Source: Parcubacteria group bacterium
Lineage (GTDB): Bacteria > Patescibacteriota > Minisyncoccia > UBA6257 > JACRHW01
NCBI GenBank assembly: GCA_016217555.1
Contig: JACRHW010000023.1
Location: forward strand, 64,466 to 128,465
Length of the DNA stretch: 64,000 bases
Direction of reading: 5' to 3'
The translations under genes and the position numbers were made by a program. Every line of letters starts with the position of its first letter. The stretch's first letter is position 1. The notes under the pieces are model-generated. The model did not search any database. It was given only the letters and a program-made list of their open reading frames with translations, and had not been told where the DNA came from. Of the stretch, positions 59,025 to 64,000 are shown piece by piece.

Positions 59025-59440
59025 TGTCATTCCCGCGATTTATGGTGAGCTTAGTCGAACTAAGGCGGGAATCTAGAATCGATATCTCCTATGAACTAAA
59101 AAACTCCGCGTGCACGGGGTTTCTTAGTAAGGCCCAAGTTCTCTATCAACAGTTACCCATTGAACAGTTTTTCCTTGCGGTCAAACCTTCGATTCTTGAA
59201 CCTTATTATTAACTTAATCCAACCTAAAAACCGAAGCAAGTGGAAAAACTGTGCATAGGTGCCAATTTTGTTTGCGCGATACGCAATTCAAAATTGAGCA
59301 TCCTGAGGCAACAGCCGAAGGATCCCACAGAACCAAGATAAGCGGGAATCCAGCTATCTCGTCATCCTGAAGCATCAGCTGAAGGATTTCTCTCCTACGA
59401 CTAATTCCGAAATCAAGAAATTCCCGCGACGTGCTCGGAA
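59025..59440. repeat. Composite R6 region: A-block (59025..59075), a ~280-bp insert, a duplicated GCGGGAATC, then B-block (59358..59398).
   Basis: Compare 34021..34117, where the A-block and B-block are adjacent. The layout looks like a nested insertion with duplication of the 9-bp GCGGGAATC. Confidence 0.6.
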
Positions 59441-59457
59441 TAACCTATAAAAATTAT

Positions 59458-59481
59458 AAAAGCCCTCATCTGGGGCTTTTA
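59458..59481. terminator. Intrinsic terminator AAAGCCC-tcatctg-GGGCTTTT.
   Basis: 7-bp stem followed by a T-run. Confidence 0.55.
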
Positions 59482-59510
59482 ATTATTGAAAATTTTTAAA
59501 GGATTATCCT

Positions 59511-59732
59511 TTAAAAAAATGTTAAACCTAAAAGTGGATTCATTGAAAATTTACGTTCACGAACGCAACGCACCACCTCTATGATTTCAACAATCTCTAC
59601 GTATTTTCCATCAACCTCGAAAAACATACCTTCAAGCCCTTCAAGTGTTCTCCTTCGTTCAACCTGAATAAGCATGAGGAGTCCTGCGTTTCGACCATCC
59701 TTCTCTCTCGCAACAACAAGAAAACGCTTCAT
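59511..59732 (-). CDS. Hypothetical small protein (73 aa).
   Basis: Begins MKRF…, like its upstream neighbour. Possibly a tandem paralogue. Confidence 0.35.
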   Translation of the reverse strand: MKRFLVVAREKDGRNAGLLMLIQVERRRTLEGLEGMFFEVDGKYVEIVEIIEVVRCVRERKFSMNPLLGLTFF

Positions 59733-60007
59733 TCCTTACTCACTCCCTCCTCTTCCGATTCAAATTCACCAAGAAGTTGAAATGAGACAATTTGTACATA
59801 TACATACGTTCTCATGCCATCAGCCAATTCATCAGCGATGCCCCGTTCTACATCACGAAGATCTTTCTCTGTACTAATAAGATTGGCGACAGTAACGATT
59901 TTATTTGCAATCACAGAAAATGCACCGGATCCAGAATGTAACTCAACGCCCCTAGCATTTCCCCCCCCCCTAACCGCATATGCAACAAAATATCTATACC
60001 TCTTCAT
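59729..60007 (-). CDS. Hypothetical small protein (92 aa).
   Basis: MKRYRYFVAYAVRGGGNARGVELHSGSGAFSVIANKIVTV… shows a weak YbjQ/DUF74-like pattern. Confidence 0.35.
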   Translation of the reverse strand: MKRYRYFVAYAVRGGGNARGVELHSGSGAFSVIANKIVTVANLISTEKDLRDVERGIADELADGMRTYVYVQIVSFQLLGEFESEEEGVSKE

Positions 60008-60010
60008 TTC

Positions 60011-60463
60011 TTATCCTCCCTTCTTTTTGGAGTACTCGAGCGAGGATCCATTACGCATTCGCTTTTCCCAACGAGCAGAAACCAAAAGAAGTGACGTGGT
60101 ATATCCTTCTGAGGTAAACAAAAGTGTTAGATAGGTATCAGTAAAATCATTATCCTTATTACCATGATGTATCATCCGCGCCTCAAACGTTCCAGAAGTA
60201 GAATCTCCCGACGGCTCCAATGATTCTGGAATCTCCTTCAAATCCTGTGGACTAAGACGCTTCACAATCCCGCGCACGTCATTCACCACCATACCAATCT
60301 TAACAGCACTATAAACACCATACAGCGTATCCCTATTACCCTCATCCGCATAAACAGCTACCTTAGGACAAAAAGTTGAGAAAAATACAAAAACTAATAC
60401 ACAGAAGATAAGCCCAATAACACCACCGATTTGGATATTGGTTTCGATCGAAAATTGTTTCAT
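60011..60463 (-). CDS. Hypothetical membrane-anchored protein (150 aa).
   Basis: N-terminal TM segment. Its start overlaps the stop of the upstream gene. Confidence 0.4.
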   Translation of the reverse strand: MKQFSIETNIQIGGVIGLIFCVLVFVFFSTFCPKVAVYADEGNRDTLYGVYSAVKIGMVVNDVRGIVKRLSPQDLKEIPESLEPSGDSTSGTFEARMIHHGNKDNDFTDTYLTLLFTSEGYTTSLLLVSARWEKRMRNGSSLEYSKKKGG

Positions 60464-60772
60464 TTACCCTTCCTCCATCTTCCCTGATTCTAAAAGATGA
60501 TATTGAGCTTTTTGATAAATCATTTCTACCCATTCCTCATCACCAAGCTTCATAATTGCACTCAAGAAAAAAGTACCACTATACATAGTACACGTAAATT
60601 CGTTAACACCTTCTCCTAACGAAACAAAAACGGCTCGCTCGTCTCTACTAAGTGCTCGATTTATCTCTACAAGAACTGATATCTTCTCACTGTCCGGATC
60701 ACTACTACCCACGAACTTCACCACAATTGTGTTATCAATTTTTGGATGTATCTCCCAAAACTCTTTTTTCAT
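60464..60772 (-). CDS. Hypothetical protein (102 aa).
   Basis: ORF only. Confidence 0.4.
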   Translation of the reverse strand: MKKEFWEIHPKIDNTIVVKFVGSSDPDSEKISVLVEINRALSRDERAVFVSLGEGVNEFTCTMYSGTFFLSAIMKLGDEEWVEMIYQKAQYHLLESGKMEEG

Positions 60773-60843
60773 ATCACTTTTCCTCCCTTATTCTATTTTC
60801 GATGTACTAAGAAAAATACTACATGTTTTATGACAAAACGTCA

Positions 60844-60919
60844 ATCCCGTTAGAAGCAGTAACTATTGAGGTTTAACCTCAATAGTTACACTGCGTGCCC
60901 TCGCGGCTTCTAACGGGAT
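60844..60919. repeat. R3 hairpin module: IR ATCCCGTTAGAAGC / GCTTCTAACGGGAT with a 48-nt loop that has its own inner hairpin.
   Basis: 85 nt to the left of R2 copy 4. Confidence 0.85.
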
Positions 60920-61004
60920 CAACTTATCAGAAATCTGACGATCGTCAGAAATTTGATTTATTTAAAATATTCTGTTAAGGTAACCTAATTACTAATAACA
61001 AGCA

Positions 61005-61263
61005 TTGGGACGTACGCATTTGGATGTAGTTCAAGGAAAACCCGAGGAACGGAGAGAAGTCCGACTTCCCCAAAGTTGACGTCTGTTCGTTCGTAAGGAA
61101 GTCGGACTTCTAAAGATTGATTCGTCACGTTTTCACGTTCAATATAAAGAAGTTCAACTTCCGACAAACCACCGAACCTCAATATCTGGGAAGTTGAACT
61201 TCTCATATTGCGTTCTGTACCGGAGCGTTTGACGAAGGAATGGGCCGAATGCGTACGTCCCAA
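61005..61263. repeat. R2 element copy 4 with a ~170-nt internal expansion (two internal hairpins) and a 16-bp perfect flanking IR TTGGGACGTACGCATT / AATGCGTACGTCCCAA. It ends 12 nt before the ATG of the PaaX-like gene.
   Basis: Conserved blocks ATTTGGATG…AGGAAAACCCGAGGAACGGAG … GTTTGACGAAGGAATGGGCCGAAT. Confidence 0.8.
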
Positions 61264-61275
61264 ACATAGCAAATT

Positions 61276-61866
61276 ATGAAACACGGAGAACTTACAGCCA
61301 ACATTTTAAAATGGATTGGCGAAGGCATTATTCTGCAAGTAGATCTCTTAGATGCCATACTCTCTTCTGGGTACGGATCATCGTTCTCAAAAATGCAGCG
61401 AAAAGTTGAGAAACTTCAAAGTGAGCGAGAACGTAAAAACGAGGAAAGAAGACAGCGCCACTCCTTTCAAAGCCTTCTTCATCACCTGAAAGAGGAGGGT
61501 TTTATCCGAATGAATGATAAGAAAAATAAAAAGAGTGGATTTTTCGTAACAGAAAAAGGAGGACGATATCTAAAAAAACTAGAAAAGAAAGTAGACCAAC
61601 AAATAGAAAAACGTGCATATATAAAAACTGAAGATGCTCAACTCAATATCATCCTCTTTGATATTCCAGAACCTGAAAGAAAAAAACGGGAATGGTTGCG
61701 TCAGGAACTTAATTATCTAGGCTTCACCATGCTTCAAAGAAGTGTCTGGGCGGGAAAGATAAAAATTCCAAAGGAAATGCTTGAAGACTTAGCACACTAC
61801 AAACTTCTCCCCTACATAGAAATTATAGCAGTTACAAAAACAGGTACTCTCAAAAAGGTTATTTAA
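61276..61866 (+). CDS. PaaX-family-like winged-helix regulator, truncated relative to PaaX.
   Basis: …FVTEKGGRYLKKLEKK…LNIILFDIPEPERKKREWLRQELNYLGFTMLQRSVWAG resembles the PaaX N-terminal and middle region (SDKG…LLLSE…LIWQGFG). Confidence 0.4.
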   Translation: MKHGELTANILKWIGEGIILQVDLLDAILSSGYGSSFSKMQRKVEKLQSERERKNEERRQRHSFQSLLHHLKEEGFIRMNDKKNKKSGFFVTEKGGRYLKKLEKKVDQQIEKRAYIKTEDAQLNIILFDIPEPERKKREWLRQELNYLGFTMLQRSVWAGKIKIPKEMLEDLAHYKLLPYIEIIAVTKTGTLKKVI

Positions 61867-61896
61867 TTCTTGATCGACGGACCACGAAATCTATGT

Positions 61897-62025
61897 TCCG
61901 AACCATTCCGCAGGCGCGGAGCTGGGTGTTGTCAATCCTGAATCACAATGAATTGGATTGACAACGGAGCGCCTGCGGATAAGTGAGCCATCCGCTGGAG
62001 TGGCGAACGAGTGAGAAATATATAT
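61897..62025. repeat. R7 element copy 2, upstream of miaA, flanked by the IR ACCACGAAAT / ATTTCGTGGT.
   Basis: Core matches 29931..30065. The central loop differs. Confidence 0.8.
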
Positions 62026-62042
62026 TTCGTGGTTCAAGATAT

Positions 62043-62891
62043 ATGAAACAAAAGATTGTTGTTATTCTTGGGCCCACCGCTTCTGGAAAATCAGACTACG
62101 CCGTCCAAATTGCCAAACAAATAGATGGTGAGATTATTTCTGCTGATTCGCGCCAGGTGTATCGTGGTATGAATATTGGAAGTGGTAAGATTACTGAAAA
62201 AGAAATGGGTAGAATTCCCCACCACCTTCTTGATATAGCATCTCCTAAAAGACAATTTACTGTGGTGAAATACCAAAAGCTTGCAACCAAAGCAATAAAA
62301 GATATTGTAAGGCGTGGAAAAGTTCCTATTCTCTGTGGTGGTACAGGCCTCTATATTGATGCAGTGCTCGAAGGTTGGGAGTTCCCAAAAACACCTATTA
62401 ATAAAACTCTGCGTAAAAATCTGGAGAAAAAAACAACCGAAGAATTATTTGATGAGCTTAAAAAACATGATCCAGAATTTTCGAAAACAATAGATCGTAA
62501 TAACAGAAGAAGGCTTATTCGTGCACTCGAAATCATTACTACAACGAACGAACCCATAACACCACTTAAAAAACATCCGCTTTCCTACACCATTGAATAT
62601 ATCGGCCTCTTCCCTGGATGGGAGGTATTGCAAGAAAAAATTAAAAAACGACTTGAGGAACGCCTAGACCAAGAAATGATTGAAGAAGTACAACATCTCC
62701 ACGAAAAAGAAAAACTTTCATGGAAATGCCTTGAATCATTTGGGTTGGAATATAAACACATCGCTCTCTACCTTCAAGAAAAATGCACTTATGAAGAAAT
62801 GAAACAATCCCTCGAAAAGGCCATTAATCACTACGCGAAACGCCAAATGACATGGTTTAGGCGAAATTCACAAATTACTTGGCATCCATAA
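62043..62891 (+). CDS. miaA: tRNA dimethylallyltransferase.
   Basis: MKQKIVVILGPTASGKSD…SADSRQVYRGMNIGSGK. Confidence 0.85.
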   Translation: MKQKIVVILGPTASGKSDYAVQIAKQIDGEIISADSRQVYRGMNIGSGKITEKEMGRIPHHLLDIASPKRQFTVVKYQKLATKAIKDIVRRGKVPILCGGTGLYIDAVLEGWEFPKTPINKTLRKNLEKKTTEELFDELKKHDPEFSKTIDRNNRRRLIRALEIITTTNEPITPLKKHPLSYTIEYIGLFPGWEVLQEKIKKRLEERLDQEMIEEVQHLHEKEKLSWKCLESFGLEYKHIALYLQEKCTYEEMKQSLEKAINHYAKRQMTWFRRNSQITWHP

Positions 62892-62948
62892 TTTCTTCAC
62901 CAAACTTTTATCTAGGTATTTCTTCTTTCTCATTTTTAAATATAATAA

Positions 62949-63353
62949 TTAATTTAAAGACTGCAGATCTAACTCTTTCTTACCAATTTCACGCCCCAAC
63001 TCCTCTTCTTTTTTACGCAATTCTTGAATCCTCCCTGCGAGAGTCGTTGCTTTGTTGAATTTCATTGTCTCGTCTATGGTCTCCTTACGATCTAAATTAT
63101 ACTCACGCGGCACAGAGGATTGGACATCTGCTAATTCTTTTTGTTTTTTTGAAAGTTCCCCTTGTATATTTACAAGCTGTCTCTTGAAACCATTTAGTTC
63201 CTCCTCAATCTGCAACCGTAGATTTCTTCTTTGTTCCACTCTCATTTTTTTATGTGCATCTACATCTAGTGGGTTGGGTAATTCACCATTTTTCTTCGCC
63301 TTAAACAAACGTTCCTTAACCCCCCCCCTCATATTCTTTTGAAAATGATTCAA
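62949..63353 (-). CDS. Hypothetical coiled-coil protein (134 aa).
   Basis: Charged and helical. Confidence 0.4.
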   Translation of the reverse strand: MNHFQKNMRGGVKERLFKAKKNGELPNPLDVDAHKKMRVEQRRNLRLQIEEELNGFKRQLVNIQGELSKKQKELADVQSSVPREYNLDRKETIDETMKFNKATTLAGRIQELRKKEEELGREIGKKELDLQSLN

Positions 63354-63406
63354 ATGGCATATATACTATATCTCTTTATTGCGACCTTTTTATAAATTCT
63401 AATGGT

Positions 63407-63889
63407 TTATTTTGATTTTAACGGAGCCCTTAAGGCAATGAAAAAACCTATCGGTTTTCTTTTTCTAAGTATATCAGAACTCCCGTCACTGTACACGGCC
63501 TGGCCACCTTCTACAACAACCCCGACATGGTATGGGATGAACCCCTTATGACCATTAACTGCCTTCTGTAATATTTCGTTTGTTTCAAAGACCTCGGGAT
63601 CCCCTTTTGCTTTGCTATAACGATATTCTTCTTTTATTGTTTCTCCCTCTGGTACTGGTATTTCATACACAATATCCCCGGGCATCATACTCTCTTCACT
63701 TTCAACGATTATCCACCCCATCTCAAGCAATCTCCCAATCGCTTGTGTGGTGATGTTGGGAATTCTTTTAACACGATATACTCCAGCCTTGTCCATAACT
63801 TCATTCACAAAAGGCTGACAAGATCCAGTTTCGTTTTTGGGATCGACACCATAAAAACTCTTGAATTCATCCTTCCTCCTTCCCACCAT
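63407..63889 (-). CDS. Hypothetical protein with a possible Cys/His papain-like (NlpC/P60- or CHAP-like) motif pair.
   Basis: …GSCQPFVNEV… and …PYHVGVVVEG… are spaced as in papain-fold hydrolases. The match is weak. Confidence 0.3.
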   Translation of the reverse strand: MVGRRKDEFKSFYGVDPKNETGSCQPFVNEVMDKAGVYRVKRIPNITTQAIGRLLEMGWIIVESEESMMPGDIVYEIPVPEGETIKEEYRYSKAKGDPEVFETNEILQKAVNGHKGFIPYHVGVVVEGGQAVYSDGSSDILRKRKPIGFFIALRAPLKSK

Positions 63890-64000
63890 CTCTTGTGCAA
63901 TTTCTACAGCTTTTTTTACATTTTCAGATTCAACACGATAGTCTTGAACCCTAACCCGATCTATTGCACCGAAAATTTTTTGTACCCCTCGTCTTAATTT

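Noticed and set aside
60985-61284. Minus-strand 99-aa ORF overlapping R2 copy 4.
   Set aside because: It lies entirely within the repeat element, with no SD and no conservation in other copies.
61276-61866. Cas2 assignment for the C-terminal half (ILFDIPE…RKKR…LGF…QRSVW).
   Set aside because: The N-terminal wHTH and the S/T-EKG-G wing align better with the PaaX regulator family. There is no cas1 and no array nearby.

Overview
The window is 64 kb of an AT-rich, gene-dense bacterial chromosome. The gene set looks like a reduced Patescibacteria/CPR-type genome, because many core proteins are shortened (UvrC 406 aa, UvrA 857 aa, SMC-like 702 aa, ThrS without the N-terminal domain, DnaX 358 aa). 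Most genes are housekeeping and most sit on the minus strand: uvrA/uvrB/uvrC, a complete F1Fo ATP synthase operon (atpB-E-F-H-A-G-D-C), tgt, ychF, typA, a DEAD-box helicase, rpsP plus a KH protein, an smc-like gene, rnc, nusB, rpmF, rnhB, dnaE, thrS, dnaX, metK, miaA, and one tRNA-Ala(CGC). The ORF track does not report a partial O-antigen-ligase/TPR gene that runs off the left edge (1..2169, minus). I did not find a classical defence or mobile system (no CRISPR array, integrase, transposase or reverse transcriptase). What stands out is an unusually dense set of intergenic repeated, structured elements, at least seven families, each with 2-5 copies in 64 kb. Two of these families (R2, R7) have a highly conserved core enclosed by copy-specific perfect inverted repeats. 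One family (R2) abuts the stop codons of uvrA, typA and rpsP with a 0-2 nt gap. Another family (R1) sits immediately upstream of the start codons of tgt, rpsP and smc. A third family (R3) is a hairpin module with conserved arms and variable loops; it lies next to three of the four R2 copies and is tandemly duplicated at the 3' end of tRNA-Ala beside a tRNA 3' fragment. Other notable points are a 'four-helix-bundle' gene inserted inside the ATP synthase operon and flanked by TAGCTNT heptamer arrays, several short GC-rich compositional islands (~50-60% GC against a ~38% background) that encode small proteins, a HAD hydrolase gene split by a frameshift at an A8 homopolymer, a stand-alone diadenylate-cyclase (DAC) domain protein, and a possible SAM riboswitch leader upstream of metK. 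All calls come from reading the sequence and motifs by eye. No database search was run.
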